Assembly (NCBI RefSeq): GCF_044324875.1
Contig: NZ_CP172185.1
Strand: one strand, 5' to 3'
DNA length: 64,000 nt
Source: Escherichia coli
Lineage (GTDB): Bacteria > Pseudomonadota > Gammaproteobacteria > Enterobacterales > Enterobacteriaceae
Shown here: piece by piece, positions 31,461 to 45,079 of the stretch
How positions within the stretch are numbered: the stretch's first letter is position 1
Layout of the letters: the number at the start of each line of letters is the position of its first letter
Notes under the pieces: generated by a model
The model's database searches: none
Told to the model about the DNA's origin: nothing
What the model saw: the letters and a program-made list of their open reading frames with translations, nothing else
Program-made: the position numbers and the translations under genes

Positions 31461-32528
31461 ATGGATAAGAGTAAGCGCCATCTGGCGTGGTGGGTTGTCG
31501 GGTTACTGGCGGTGGCTGCTATCGTGGCGTGGTGGCTGTTGCGCCCGGCAGGTGTGCCGGAAGGCTTTGCCGTCAGCAATGGGCGCATTGAAGCGACGGA
31601 AGTGGATATCGCCAGCAAAATTGCCGGGCGTATCGACACCATTCTGGTGAAAGAAGGCCAGTTTGTTCGCGAAGGTGAAGTGCTGGCGAAGATGGATACT
31701 CGCGTGTTGCAGGAACAGCGACTGGAAGCCATCGCGCAAATCAAAGAAGCACAAAGCGCCGTTGCCGCCGCGCAGGCTTTGCTGGAGCAACGACAAAGCG
31801 AAACTCGTGCCGCACAGTCGCTGGTCAATCAACGCCAGGCCGAACTGGACTCCGTGGCTAAACGTCATACGCGTTCCCGCTCGCTCGCCCAACGAGGGGC
31901 TATTTCTGCGCAACAGCTGGATGACGATCGCGCCGCCGCTGAGAGCGCCCGAGCTGCGCTGGAATCAGCAAAAGCCCAGGTTTCGGCTTCTAAAGCCGCT
32001 ATAGAAGCGGCACGCACCAATATCATTCAGGCGCAAACTCGCGTCGAAGCCGCGCAAGCCACTGAACGGCGTATTGCCGCAGATATCGATGACAGCGAAC
32101 TGAAAGCCCCGCGTGACGGACGCGTGCAGTATCGGGTTGCCGAGCCAGGGGAAGTGCTGGCGGCAGGCGGTCGGGTACTGAATATGGTCGATCTCAGCGA
32201 CGTCTATATGACCTTTTTCCTGCCAACCGAACAGGCGGGCACGCTGAAACTGGGCGGTGAAGCACGGCTGATCCTCGATGCCGCGCCAGATCTGCGTATT
32301 CCTGCAACCATCAGTTTTGTCGCCAGCGTCGCCCAGTTCACGCCAAAAACCGTCGAAACCAGCGATGAACGGCTGAAACTGATGTTCCGCGTCAAAGCGC
32401 GTATCCCACCGGAATTACTCCAGCAGCATCTGGAATATGTCAAAACCGGTTTGCCGGGCGTAGCGTGGGTGCGGGTGAATGAAGAACTTCCGTGGCCTGA
32501 CGACCTGGTGGTGAGGTTGCCGCAATGA
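31461..32528 (+). CDS. yhiI: YhiI, HlyD-family membrane-fusion protein (355 aa)
   Basis: ORF track 355 aa with an N-terminal TM anchor, coiled-coil region and biotinyl-lipoyl-like segments. Precedes rbbA with a 4-nt overlap. Confidence 0.9.
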   Translation: MDKSKRHLAWWVVGLLAVAAIVAWWLLRPAGVPEGFAVSNGRIEATEVDIASKIAGRIDTILVKEGQFVREGEVLAKMDTRVLQEQRLEAIAQIKEAQSAVAAAQALLEQRQSETRAAQSLVNQRQAELDSVAKRHTRSRSLAQRGAISAQQLDDDRAAAESARAALESAKAQVSASKAAIEAARTNIIQAQTRVEAAQATERRIAADIDDSELKAPRDGRVQYRVAEPGEVLAAGGRVLNMVDLSDVYMTFFLPTEQAGTLKLGGEARLILDAAPDLRIPATISFVASVAQFTPKTVETSDERLKLMFRVKARIPPELLQQHLEYVKTGLPGVAWVRVNEELPWPDDLVVRLPQ

Positions 32529-35260
32529 CGCATCTGGAACTGGGTCCCGTCCCGCCTGTCGCGCAACTGGCGGGCGTGAGCCAGCATTATGGAAAAACCG
32601 TTGCGCTGAACAATATCACTCTCGATATTCCGGCCCGCTGCATGGTTGGGCTGATTGGTCCGGATGGCGTCGGGAAGTCGAGTTTATTGTCATTGATTTC
32701 CGGTGCTCGTGTCATTGAGCAGGGCAATGTGATCGTGCTGGGCGGCGATATGCGCGACCCGAAGCATCGTCGCGACGTTTGCCCGCGCATCGCCTGGATG
32801 CCGCAGGGGCTGGGCAAAAACCTCTACCACACCTTGTCGGTGTATGAAAACGTCGATTTTTTCGCTCGCCTGTTCGGTCACGACAAAGCGGAGCGGGAAG
32901 TGCGAATCAATGAGCTGCTGACCAGCACCGGCTTAGCACCGTTTCGTGATCGTCCGGCAGGGAAACTCTCCGGCGGGATGAAGCAAAAACTTGGGCTGTG
33001 CTGTGCGTTAATCCACGACCCGGAACTGTTGATTCTTGATGAGCCAACAACGGGGGTTGACCCGCTCTCCCGCGCCCAGTTCTGGGATCTGATCGACAGT
33101 ATTCGCCAGCGGCAGAGCAATATGAGCGTGCTGGTCGCCACCGCCTACATGGAAGAGGCCGAACGCTTCGACTGGCTGGTAGCGATGAATGCCGGAGAAG
33201 TGCTGGCAACCGGCAGCGCCGAAGAGCTGCGGCAGCAAACGCAAAGCGCCACGCTGGAAGAAGCATTTATAAATCTGTTACCGCAAGCGCAACGCCAGGC
33301 GCATCAGGCGGTAGTGATCCCACCATATCAACCTGAAAACGCAGAGATTGCCATCGAAGCGCGCGATCTGACCATGCGTTTTGGTTCCTTCGTTGCCGTT
33401 GATCACGTCAATTTCCGCATTCCACGCGGGGAGATTTTTGGTTTTCTTGGTTCGAACGGCTGCGGTAAATCCACCACCATGAAAATGCTTACCGGACTGT
33501 TGCCCGCCAGCGAAGGTGAGGCGTGGTTGTTCGGGCAACCGGTTGATCCAAAAGATATCGATACTCGCCGTCGGGTGGGCTATATGTCGCAGGCGTTTTC
33601 GCTCTATAACGAGCTCACCGTGCGGCAAAACCTGGAGTTACATGCCCGTTTGTTTCACATCCCGGAAGCGGAAATTCCCGCAAGAGTGGCTGAAATGAGC
33701 GAGCGTTTTAAGCTCAACGACGTTGAAGATGTTCTGCCGGAGTCATTACCGCTCGGCATTCGCCAGCGGCTTTCGCTGGCGGTGGCGGTGATTCATCGCC
33801 CGGAGATGTTAATCCTCGATGAGCCTACTTCTGGTGTCGATCCGGTGGCGAGGGATATGTTCTGGCAGTTGATGGTCGATCTCTCGCGTCAGGACAAAGT
33901 GACTATCTTCATCTCCACCCACTTTATGAACGAAGCGGAACGTTGCGACCGCATCTCCCTGATGCACGCCGGAAAAGTGCTTGCCAGCGGTACACCGCAG
34001 GAGCTGGTTGAAAAACGCGGAGCCGCCAGTCTGGAAGAGGCATTTATCGCCTATTTGCAGGAAGCGGCAGGGCAGAGCAACGAAGCCGAAGCGCCGCCTG
34101 TGGTACATGACACCACCCACGCGCCGCGTCAGGGATTTAGCCTGCGCCGTCTGTTTAGCTACAGCCGCCGCGAAGCACTGGAATTGCGCCGCGATCCGGT
34201 CCGTTCGACGCTGGCGCTGATGGGAACGGTGATCCTGATGCTGATAATGGGTTACGGCATCAGTATGGATGTGGAAAACCTGCGCTTTGCGGTGCTTGAC
34301 CGCGACCAGACCGTCAGTAGCCAGGCGTGGACGCTCAATCTCTCCGGTTCCCGTTACTTTATCGAACAACCACCGCTCACCAGTTATGACGAGCTGGATC
34401 GCCGGATGCGTGCGGGCGATATCACGGTGGCGATTGAGATTCCACCCAATTTCGGGCGCGATATCGCGCGTGGTACGCCTGTGGAACTCGGTGTCTGGAT
34501 CGACGGTGCGATGCCCAGTCGTGCCGAAACGGTAAAAGGTTACGTGCAGGCTATGCACCAGAGCTGGCTACAGGATGTGGCGAGCCGACAATCCACACCC
34601 TCCAGCCAAAGCGGGCTGATGAACATTGAGACGCGCTATCGCTATAACCCGGACGTAAAAAGCCTGCCAGCGATTGTTCCGGCGGTGATCCCGCTTCTGC
34701 TGATGATGATCCCGTCAATGCTAAGCGCCCTTAGCGTGGTGCGGGAAAAAGAGTTGGGGTCGATTATCAACCTTTACGTGACTCCCACCACCCGTAGCGA
34801 ATTTTTGCTTGGCAAACAGCTACCGTACATCGCGCTGGGGATGCTGAACTTTTTCCTGCTCTGCGGCCTGTCGGTGTTTGTGTTTGGCGTACCGCATAAA
34901 GGCAGTTTCCTGACGCTCACCCTGGCGGCGCTGCTGTATATCATCATCGCCACCGGAATGGGGCTGCTGATCTCCACCTTTATGAAAAGCCAGATTGCCG
35001 CTATTTTCGGTACGGCGATTATCACGTTGATCCCGGCGACACAGTTTTCCGGGATGATTGATCCGGTAGCTTCGCTGGAAGGTCCAGGACGCTGGATCGG
35101 CGAGGTTTACCCGACCAGTCATTTTCTGACTATCGCCCGTGGGACGTTCTCGAAAGCGCTGGATCTGACTGATTTGTGGCAACTTTTTATCCCGCTGCTG
35201 ATAGCCATACCGCTGGTGATGGGCTTAAGCATCCTGCTGCTGAAAAAACAGGAGGGATGA
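32525..35260 (+). CDS. rbbA: RbbA, ribosome-associated ATPase; fused double ABC ATPase plus ABC-2 permease domain (911 aa)
   Basis: ORF track 911 aa with two Walker A motifs ([18 protein letters not shown]), two LSGG signatures and a C-terminal TM domain. Confidence 0.92.
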   Translation: MTHLELGPVPPVAQLAGVSQHYGKTVALNNITLDIPARCMVGLIGPDGVGKSSLLSLISGARVIEQGNVIVLGGDMRDPKHRRDVCPRIAWMPQGLGKNLYHTLSVYENVDFFARLFGHDKAEREVRINELLTSTGLAPFRDRPAGKLSGGMKQKLGLCCALIHDPELLILDEPTTGVDPLSRAQFWDLIDSIRQRQSNMSVLVATAYMEEAERFDWLVAMNAGEVLATGSAEELRQQTQSATLEEAFINLLPQAQRQAHQAVVIPPYQPENAEIAIEARDLTMRFGSFVAVDHVNFRIPRGEIFGFLGSNGCGKSTTMKMLTGLLPASEGEAWLFGQPVDPKDIDTRRRVGYMSQAFSLYNELTVRQNLELHARLFHIPEAEIPARVAEMSERFKLNDVEDVLPESLPLGIRQRLSLAVAVIHRPEMLILDEPTSGVDPVARDMFWQLMVDLSRQDKVTIFISTHFMNEAERCDRISLMHAGKVLASGTPQELVEKRGAASLEEAFIAYLQEAAGQSNEAEAPPVVHDTTHAPRQGFSLRRLFSYSRREALELRRDPVRSTLALMGTVILMLIMGYGISMDVENLRFAVLDRDQTVSSQAWTLNLSGSRYFIEQPPLTSYDELDRRMRAGDITVAIEIPPNFGRDIARGTPVELGVWIDGAMPSRAETVKGYVQAMHQSWLQDVASRQSTPSSQSGLMNIETRYRYNPDVKSLPAIVPAVIPLLLMMIPSMLSALSVVREKELGSIINLYVTPTTRSEFLLGKQLPYIALGMLNFFLLCGLSVFVFGVPHKGSFLTLTLAALLYIIIATGMGLLISTFMKSQIAAIFGTAIITLIPATQFSGMIDPVASLEGPGRWIGEVYPTSHFLTIARGTFSKALDLTDLWQLFIPLLIAIPLVMGLSILLLKKQEG

Positions 35261-36384
35261 TGCGCCATTTACGCAATATTTTTAATCTGGGTATCAAAGA
35301 GTTGCGCAGTCTGCTCGGTGATAAAGCGATGCTGACATTGATTGTCTTCTCGTTTACGGTGTCGGTATATTCGTCAGCGACCGTCACGCCAGGATCATTG
35401 AACCTCGCGCCGATCGCCATTGCCGATATGGATCAATCGCAGTTATCGAATCGGATCGTTAACAGCTTCTATCGTCCGTGGTTTTTGCCACCGGAGATGA
35501 TCACCGCCGATGAGATGGATGCCGGACTGGACGCCGGACGCTATACCTTCGCGATAAATATTCCGCCTAATTTTCAGCGTGATGTCCTCGCCGGACGCCA
35601 GCCAGATATTCAGGTGAACGTCGATGCCACGCGCATGAGCCAGGCATTCACTGGCAACGGTTATATCCAGAATATTATCAACGGTGAAGTGAACAGCTTT
35701 GTCGCGCGCTACCGTGATAATAGCGAACCGTTGGTATCGCTGGAAACCCGGATGCGCTTCAACCCGAACCTCGATCCCGCGTGGTTTGGCGGGGTGATGG
35801 CGATCATCAACAACATTACCATGCTGGCGATTGTGTTGACCGGATCGGCACTGATCCGCGAGCGTGAACACGGCACGGTGGAACACTTACTGGTGATGCC
35901 GATAACGCCGTTTGAGATCATGATGGCGAAGGTCTGGTCGATGGGGCTGGTGGTGCTGGTGGTGTCGGGATTATCGCTGGTACTGATGGTGAAAGGCGTG
36001 CTGGGCGTACCGATTGAAGGCTCGATCCCGCTGTTTATGCTGGGCGTGGCGCTGAGTCTGTTTGCCACCACGTCAATCGGCATTTTCATGGGGACGATAG
36101 CGCGTTCGATGCCGCAACTGGGGCTGCTGGTGATTCTGGTGCTGCTGCCGCTACAAATGCTTTCCGGTGGATCCACGCCGCGCGAAAGTATGCCGCAGAT
36201 GGTGCAGGACATTATGCTGACCATGCCGACGACACACTTTGTTAGCCTCGCGCAGGCCATTCTCTACCGTGGTGCAGGATTCGAAATCGTCTGGCCGCAG
36301 TTCCTGACACTGATGGCAATTGGCGGCGCGTTTTTCACCATCGCACTGCTGAGATTCAGGAAGACAATTGGGACAATGGCGTAA
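35260..36384 (+). CDS. yhhJ: YhhJ, ABC-2 family transporter permease (374 aa)
   Basis: ORF track 35176..36384. Start at the ATG at 35260 ([21 protein letters not shown]), adjacent to the rbbA stop. An ATG at 35257 is an alternative. Confidence 0.88.
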   Translation: MRHLRNIFNLGIKELRSLLGDKAMLTLIVFSFTVSVYSSATVTPGSLNLAPIAIADMDQSQLSNRIVNSFYRPWFLPPEMITADEMDAGLDAGRYTFAINIPPNFQRDVLAGRQPDIQVNVDATRMSQAFTGNGYIQNIINGEVNSFVARYRDNSEPLVSLETRMRFNPNLDPAWFGGVMAIINNITMLAIVLTGSALIREREHGTVEHLLVMPITPFEIMMAKVWSMGLVVLVVSGLSLVLMVKGVLGVPIEGSIPLFMLGVALSLFATTSIGIFMGTIARSMPQLGLLVILVLLPLQMLSGGSTPRESMPQMVQDIMLTMPTTHFVSLAQAILYRGAGFEIVWPQFLTLMAIGGAFFTIALLRFRKTIGTMA

Positions 36385-36393
36385 ATACAGTTG

Positions 36394-36472
36394 CCCGATG
36401 CGTAAGCTTATAGGGTCTACGCATCGGTACAATTTATTGAATTGTAGTTGTTTTACGCCGCATCCGGCGAAG
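36394..36472. repeat. REP-like palindromic element at the island junction
   Basis: gcccgatgcgtaagcttatagggtctacgcatcgg (inverted repeat) and ttttacgccgcatccggcg (REP-like) between yhhJ and the aldolase gene. Confidence 0.45.
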
Positions 36473-36474
36473 AT

Positions 36475-37326
36475 TTACTTAACCAACCGATGCCCCTCAT
36501 TCATCATCAGGATTTTGCTATACACATCTTCCTCGACGGCGTTTTTTGCTGATGCCATCACTCGTGCCAGATTCGCCTCGTTGTGATTATTCACATACGC
36601 TTTGCCGACGGCGGTGATAAACGCTTTGCGCAGATCGCTGGCGATATTTACTTTAGCGACGCGATAATTAACAAAGCTGCGTAATATTTCCGGGGCGATA
36701 CCGGAGCCGCCGTGAATAACCAGCGGCACCGGGCAGACTTCGGCAATGCGCTTCAGCAGGGGGATATCGATACGCGGTATATCGTCCAGGCCATGAACGT
36801 TGCCAATAGAAACTGCCAGCATGTCGCAACCGGTGCGCTCGACAAAGGTCTTCACCTTTTCCGGTTCCGTTTTGCAATCGGCTTCGCTGACGTGATCATC
36901 TTCTTTGCCGAGAATCGCCCCCAGCTCCGCTTCAACCGGTACGCCATAGGATTTACAGAAATCGACAGCTTCCTGGGTGAAAGCGATATTCTCTTCAAAA
37001 GATAATGCGGCACCGTCAATCATGACCGAGGTAAAGCCCGCGCGCACCGCCTGTTTAACATCCTCCTGAGTTTTCCCGTGATCCAGATGAAGACTGACCG
37101 GAACATCCATTTTATCGGCGTGACGTTTCACGATTTCATAAATGTAATCGTATCCCGAGAGTTGTGCATTGGTGGGCGCAATCTGAATGAAGTTGGGTAA
37201 TCCTGAACGCTCAATGGCGTTTAAAATTGAAATCGTCGTCTCCAGATTGGTGGTATTAAACGCGCCCGCTAATACCCGTTTTTCCTGAATGCGGTCGAGC
37301 AGTATCCGTCCATTAACTAATGGCAT
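36475..37326 (-). CDS. Class II ketose-bisphosphate aldolase, GatY/KbaY/FbaA family (283 aa)
   Basis: ORF track 283 aa with the class II aldolase zinc-site motif HLDHG (VSLHLDHGKT) and typical N-terminal MPLVNGRILLDRIQEKRVLAGAFN. Confidence 0.82.
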   Translation of the reverse strand: MPLVNGRILLDRIQEKRVLAGAFNTTNLETTISILNAIERSGLPNFIQIAPTNAQLSGYDYIYEIVKRHADKMDVPVSLHLDHGKTQEDVKQAVRAGFTSVMIDGAALSFEENIAFTQEAVDFCKSYGVPVEAELGAILGKEDDHVSEADCKTEPEKVKTFVERTGCDMLAVSIGNVHGLDDIPRIDIPLLKRIAEVCPVPLVIHGGSGIAPEILRSFVNYRVAKVNIASDLRKAFITAVGKAYVNNHNEANLARVMASAKNAVEEDVYSKILMMNEGHRLVK

Positions 37327-37356
37327 TTGAAAACCTCATCTTTTAATATCAGTTAA

Positions 37357-37626
37357 TTATTCAGCTTCACCGAAGCGATCACGAAATAAGGCGGTGAGAG
37401 TTTGTATTGCCTCATTTTCATCATCGCCTTCGCAGCGTATTTCCACCGTTTTGCCGCCTTTTATTCCGGCGCGCATAATATTCATCATGCTGGTGGCATT
37501 AATATCATTACCCTCATAATGCAGCGTCACTTTACAGCTAAACTTTTTGGCGGCTTTCACCAGACACGCCGCCGGACGTGCATGCAGGCCAGTACTGTTT
37601 CTGACCTCCACGGTTTTACTCAACAT
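37357..37626 (-). CDS. HPr-like PTS phosphocarrier protein (89 aa)
   Basis: ORF track 89 aa with the HPr active-site region GLHARPA. Overlaps the upstream kinase gene by about 11 nt. Confidence 0.8.
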   Translation of the reverse strand: MLSKTVEVRNSTGLHARPAACLVKAAKKFSCKVTLHYEGNDINATSMMNIMRAGIKGGKTVEIRCEGDDENEAIQTLTALFRDRFGEAE

Positions 37627-39124
37627 AGTGCTCCTCCCGATGGTGTAATGGCATCACGCCTTCTTGCTGTAATTTCAACTGATACCAGCTTTTCCATTTG
37701 TGCTGATAACGCTGTAATTGATGGTATCTCGCCCGATTCGGTAACAAACGTTGGGCTATGGTAACTTGCGGCGGTGGAATATCCGGTGCGGCAGTTAATA
37801 ATGCTCCGACAGAAACCGCCTCGTTAAATGCAATTGCTTCAACCGGACGCTGTAAAATATCCGCTTTTAATTGCAGCCAAAGGGGATTTTGGGTTGCCGG
37901 ACCTATCACTTTTAACGCGCTGGTGCCAGGCACATTAAAACAGGCGAAGCAGTTGGCAAATTCCATGGTTAATCCCAGTGAGACGCTGGCAATTAACATG
38001 TCGATATTTAACGTATCGCCAAGCCCATAAAATAATCCACGAGTATGGCGATTTTTATAGGGCGAACCCGAACCGCGAAGATGTGGAATAAAGAGGGGAA
38101 TGTCATCGAGCGACCAGTTCCCCGCCAGGTAATCCGCATGTCCGCGAGTAAGTGATGCGGCGATCTCCTCATCGGTTAGCCGGAACGTGTTACGCAGCCA
38201 CTCCAGAGCGAAACCGCCCACGGGCAGCGACGCAAACAGGGTGAACTGGTTTGCAAGCGAATAACAGCCGTTTGCCAGCTTGTCACGTTTGGCCTGTTCA
38301 TCCAGCGTCGGTTGTGTATCCAGTTGCAGAATGCCTTCTGTGGTCCCCGTCGAGTTAAGGATATCGCCCGGCATCATCTGCAACGCTCGCGCACCCACCA
38401 TATGGTCATGTCCGGCCAGCGTCACGCTGACCGGTTGCGAGAACCCAAGCGTTTTGCAGAGCGACTCGCTGACCCATCCGGCGTGTTCGCCTGGCTGCAC
38501 CAATGGCGCAAATGCTGAACAGGGAACGTGTAACAACGCCGCCGCTTTCGCTGACCATTCGCCTTTGCGCACGTCAAGACACAGCGTGCGGCTGGCTAAG
38601 GTGATATCCGTGCGCTGTTCGCCGGTCAGCCGCCAGAGCAGTACTTCCGGCGCATGTAGCCAACGCAGGCCGCGGCGATTACGCAGTGGGTAATGTTCCA
38701 GCAACCAACGCATTTTGAAGGCAGAGTAATTGCTGTGCAGCGGTAACCCGCAAATGTCATAAAGTGCCGCACTGTCTGCCTCGCTAAGTGTTGCCAGATA
38801 CTCTTCACCGCGACGGTCATACCATGCCAGCATTGGCGTCAGGATCTCGCCATGCTCGTCAAGGAACACGCCTGACTCGCCAAAACTGGCAATGCTTATC
38901 CGCCTGACTGGCAGCGGCGAAGCGGCGTTCAGTTGCGCTATCGCCTGGCGGACCTCCTGCCAGAGGGCGTCGATATCGAAATCGACATTGCCCTGTGGGG
39001 AGATCTGTTTTGCCGTCACGAATTTATGCGCGCCCAACGTCGTTGCGTCCAGGCAGGAAAAGCAGGTGACTTTGCAATTGGTGGTGCCAATATCGATAAC
39101 GATAGCTGCGCTGTTATCAGGCAT
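37616..39124 (-). CDS. FGGY-family carbohydrate kinase (502 aa)
   Basis: N-terminal AIVIDIGTTNCKV (FGGY DxGTT motif) and a C-terminal FGGY-like block NPLWLQLKADILQRPV. Substrate unknown. Confidence 0.7.
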   Translation of the reverse strand: MPDNSAAIVIDIGTTNCKVTCFSCLDATTLGAHKFVTAKQISPQGNVDFDIDALWQEVRQAIAQLNAASPLPVRRISIASFGESGVFLDEHGEILTPMLAWYDRRGEEYLATLSEADSAALYDICGLPLHSNYSAFKMRWLLEHYPLRNRRGLRWLHAPEVLLWRLTGEQRTDITLASRTLCLDVRKGEWSAKAAALLHVPCSAFAPLVQPGEHAGWVSESLCKTLGFSQPVSVTLAGHDHMVGARALQMMPGDILNSTGTTEGILQLDTQPTLDEQAKRDKLANGCYSLANQFTLFASLPVGGFALEWLRNTFRLTDEEIAASLTRGHADYLAGNWSLDDIPLFIPHLRGSGSPYKNRHTRGLFYGLGDTLNIDMLIASVSLGLTMEFANCFACFNVPGTSALKVIGPATQNPLWLQLKADILQRPVEAIAFNEAVSVGALLTAAPDIPPPQVTIAQRLLPNRARYHQLQRYQHKWKSWYQLKLQQEGVMPLHHREEHYVE

Positions 39125-40475
39125 AAACCGTGCTCCGCGTCATTCGGAAAATACCATACAGTACCAGGGCGATAACCGGCACCAGACCAATGGCGATGAG
39201 ATTGCCGTTGAAGATTTCCAGCAGCCAGAAGCGGAACGGGTTACCGCCATCAAGGAAACTGGAGACCTGGCCGCTGGAGCCTTCGGCAAATTTGAAATTA
39301 ACGTCTTTCGCCATTCCGGTAATAAACGGCGCGATTTTAGTCGCAATCCACAGATCGGCAATAATCACCGGAATCGCCGCCAGAACGGTGCGGAAAATGT
39401 TGCCACGGCTGGCTAAAGCAATCATCGACGCCATTACCGCCAGGTTGGCAAGGTCGCCAAGCGGCAGGACTTCATTACCCGGAAGGACAAACGCGATAAA
39501 GACCGAGATTGGCGTCAGCAGCAGGGCGGTGGAGATAATCGCTGGGTTACCTACGGCAACGGCGATATCCAGGCCGATATAGAGATCGTCACGGTCAGGG
39601 TATTTGGCATTGAGATACTTTTTAATGGCTTCAGACAGCGGTAATAAACCTTCCATCAGAATGCGAACCATGCGTGGCAGGATGAACATCACACCGCCAA
39701 TGCTGATGCCAAGCAGCAAGACTTTTTTGAAATCGTATCCGGCAATTACGCCGAGCAGAATGCCCAGAATAGTACCAACCATCATCGGTTCGCCGAATAT
39801 GCCAAACTTTTTCTGTACGGTTTCCGGATCGATATGAATACGATTGAGGCCGGGGATATGGTCGATGATTTTGTCGACCAACAGACCGACCGGAAAGAAC
39901 ACCACCGAAGAGAGCGTCGGCAAAGAGATCCCTTCCAGGCCAAAGTATTTTTGTACCAGTGGCGCAGACCAGTCGGCGAGTTTAAGTACTACCACCGCAG
40001 CAATCGCCGCTGCCAGCAAACCAAAGAACAGGCTGCCGGTGCTGTAATAAACCAGCGTACCGGCAAGGGCAAAATGCCAGTAGTTCCACATATCTACGTC
40101 AACGGTGCGGGTTTTATTTAACGCCAGCATCGCCACGTTAATCAGAATAGTCAGGGGAATAACAAACGGGGCAATTGGCGAACCCCATGTAATAGCGGAA
40201 AGCGGCGGCCAGCCTAAATCCACCACCGGTAAATTAATTCCGGTGCGTTCAACCATCGCCTGGGCCGCTGGCCCGACATTGCTGGTAAGAATATCGAAAA
40301 TGGCATAAATACCGACAAAACCAATGCCGACCGTTAATGACGAACGTAAGGCTTTAGCGGGTTTTACTTTAAAAAAGAGAGCAAGAATAAATAACACCAA
40401 CGGCAACATTACCGTGGGACCAAATCCCAATATATATTGCACAATATTATAGAGGGTATGCGCGATATCGTTCAT
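39117..40475 (-). CDS. PTS EIIC component, galactitol (GatC) family (about 452 aa)
   Basis: ORF track 39117..40505. Start proposed at the ATG at 40475 (MNDIAHTLYNIVQYILGFGP...) with an upstream GAGG. Polytopic membrane protein resembling GatC. Confidence 0.82.
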   Translation of the reverse strand: MNDIAHTLYNIVQYILGFGPTVMLPLVLFILALFFKVKPAKALRSSLTVGIGFVGIYAIFDILTSNVGPAAQAMVERTGINLPVVDLGWPPLSAITWGSPIAPFVIPLTILINVAMLALNKTRTVDVDMWNYWHFALAGTLVYYSTGSLFFGLLAAAIAAVVVLKLADWSAPLVQKYFGLEGISLPTLSSVVFFPVGLLVDKIIDHIPGLNRIHIDPETVQKKFGIFGEPMMVGTILGILLGVIAGYDFKKVLLLGISIGGVMFILPRMVRILMEGLLPLSEAIKKYLNAKYPDRDDLYIGLDIAVAVGNPAIISTALLLTPISVFIAFVLPGNEVLPLGDLANLAVMASMIALASRGNIFRTVLAAIPVIIADLWIATKIAPFITGMAKDVNFKFAEGSSGQVSSFLDGGNPFRFWLLEIFNGNLIAIGLVPVIALVLYGIFRMTRSTVYA

Positions 40476-40551
40476 AATAAACCTCTTTTTCAGGCGAGAG
40501 CGCACCTCGCGTTAGCGCCTGATGGAGTGGGTTGAAATTAATTATTATTAA

Positions 40552-40833
40552 TTACTTTTTAAGGATCGAAACAATTTGCGCCAGTACTTTCTCTTCGCCA
40601 ATACCGGTAATAATCGGCAAGCCGTTAACCACCGGGACGTCGAGTTCATAAGGCACTTTAGTCGTTGAGACTACCAGTGCTACGCCGTCAGTATTTCCAG
40701 GTAAAGAGGCAACGTTGGTTTGGGAATAATTGACGTTAAGACCGTGCTCTTTACAATATTCCATGACTTTTTCTGTTACCGCCGTGGATGTGGCAATACC
40801 CGTGGCGCAGACAAATAAAATGGTTTGACTCAT
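40552..40833 (-). CDS. PTS EIIB component, galactitol (GatB) family (93 aa)
   Basis: MSQTILFVCATGIATSTAV..., with the phosphorylatable Cys in LFVCATG. Confidence 0.85.
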   Translation of the reverse strand: MSQTILFVCATGIATSTAVTEKVMEYCKEHGLNVNYSQTNVASLPGNTDGVALVVSTTKVPYELDVPVVNGLPIITGIGEEKVLAQIVSILKK

Positions 40834-41315
40834 ATTTCACCTCGTTCTTTCATTTTGTTTAAGATTACTGTGTGTATTTCTGTTGTTTCCATCGTAAGCA
40901 GGGCGCGCATAAAGGGCGTATCCTGAATCATCTCCATAATCCAGCCCAGGGCATTTAATTGTTTATTACTTTCACTTAAGGCGAGCAAAAAAATCACCCT
41001 GACATGTACGGGGTCAGGATCGCCGCCCATATCGGCAAACTCTACCGGTTCCGGAAGGATGCCGACGGCAATTGCATTGTGCCTGACATATTTATGGTCC
41101 GTGTGCGGAATGGCGACGCACGGTGGTTCGGTAGGCAGCCCCGTTGGGTACGTCGCCTCACGTTTCAGTACGTGATCGGCAAAATCAGGGACCACCAGCT
41201 CAGCAGCAACCAACGGTTGCGCTAACTGACGGATGATCTGTTCAACGCTTAACCCTGCCGGAAGTCGTTGAATATAATTTTCCTGAAACTGTATGCCTTG
41301 CATTTTATTCCTCAT
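40830..41315 (-). CDS. PTS EIIA component, PTS_EIIA_2 (mannitol/fructose/galactitol-type) family (161 aa)
   Basis: ORF track 161 aa with a conserved His region (VAIPHTDHKY). The 4-nt overlap with EIIB suggests translational coupling. Confidence 0.8.
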   Translation of the reverse strand: MRNKMQGIQFQENYIQRLPAGLSVEQIIRQLAQPLVAAELVVPDFADHVLKREATYPTGLPTEPPCVAIPHTDHKYVRHNAIAVGILPEPVEFADMGGDPDPVHVRVIFLLALSESNKQLNALGWIMEMIQDTPFMRALLTMETTEIHTVILNKMKERGEI

Positions 41316-41327
41316 AAAAAAGTGTAT

Positions 41328-42083
41328 TTAACTCAATTCCCGCCGTTGCAGCACGGTGCCCAGATAATATTTATTTCCTTTTAACCAGACGTTGCCAAAC
41401 TCAACGGGTAACTCTCGGGAGAAAAAGACTAATTGCTCCAGATGCAAAACGGGTGCATCTTCACAGATATCTAAAAAATGACCGCGTTCATTACCAATTA
41501 ATCGCGCGGCATAGCGACTTTCCGAGTAACGAATTTTTCTTTTCGACAAACTTTCTATTGTTGGAAATAAATTGTGTTGATTAAAATCGATTTCCACGAT
41601 GCCGGGGCATAGCTCAATATTGATACGGTTCTCTATCAGCATCGCTTTTTCATCACCAATTGAACGTAAACGCTCAAGGTAAAGAATATCCTGACCGGGC
41701 GTTATTCTTAATTTCTCTGCCACATAACGATTAGCCGGTTCAATCCGTGACGTAATAACTTCAGTGGTAAAGTGTATTTTCTGGCTTTCCAGCGATTCCG
41801 CGAATGACAATAATCCTTCACCTAACGGATATGCCACGTTCTCTTTTTTGACAAATGTTCCCTTCCCCTGGACCTGAATCAACACGCCTTGTTTTACCAG
41901 TTGGGCGACAGCTTTTTTAACGGTTCCCCGACTCACTTCCAGCATATCCATAATCTGGTATTCCGAAGGAATGCGATCGTCTTCCACCAGATCCCCGGTA
42001 TAAATATTTTCTCTTATCCACTCCACCACTTGTTGATAGAGCGGTATTTGTGACGACTTACTCAATGATTTCATGGCGCGCAC
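41328..42083 (-). CDS. GntR/HutC-family transcriptional regulator (about 248–251 aa)
   Basis: N-terminal GntR HTH (…IPSEYQIMDMLEVSRGTVKKAVAQLVKQGVL…) plus a C-terminal UTRA-like effector domain. Start is either the GTG at 42083 or the ATG at 42074. Confidence 0.82.
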   Translation of the reverse strand: MRAMKSLSKSSQIPLYQQVVEWIRENIYTGDLVEDDRIPSEYQIMDMLEVSRGTVKKAVAQLVKQGVLIQVQGKGTFVKKENVAYPLGEGLLSFAESLESQKIHFTTEVITSRIEPANRYVAEKLRITPGQDILYLERLRSIGDEKAMLIENRINIELCPGIVEIDFNQHNLFPTIESLSKRKIRYSESRYAARLIGNERGHFLDICEDAPVLHLEQLVFFSRELPVEFGNVWLKGNKYYLGTVLQRRELS

Positions 42084-42097
42084 CTGAACATTTACAG

Positions 42098-42122
42098 TTG
42101 TCTATGGACAATCATGGACAAC
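42098..42122. promoter_or_regulatory. Candidate GntR-type operator in the promoter of the PTS operon
   Basis: TTGTC-tatg-GACAA palindrome followed by a second TGGACAA half-site, 15–40 bp upstream of the regulator start. Confidence 0.4.
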
Positions 42123-42272
42123 TTCAAGCGTATAGTAGGTGAACAGGCGAAAAAGAGGATCGAAGCGTCTCACATTTTAGGGGACTAAATCGTGATCAAA
42201 AAAATGTGACGTGAGTCGATATTTGGCAGAAGTCTACTGCGCCGTCAGGAAATAACGGCGCGTTGGGAGGTG

Positions 42273-45075
<2,803 letters not shown>

Positions 45076-45079
<4 letters not shown>

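Noticed and set aside
33809..34558. 249-aa minus-strand ORF inside rbbA
   Set aside because: It is antisense to the conserved ABC ATPase domain of rbbA.
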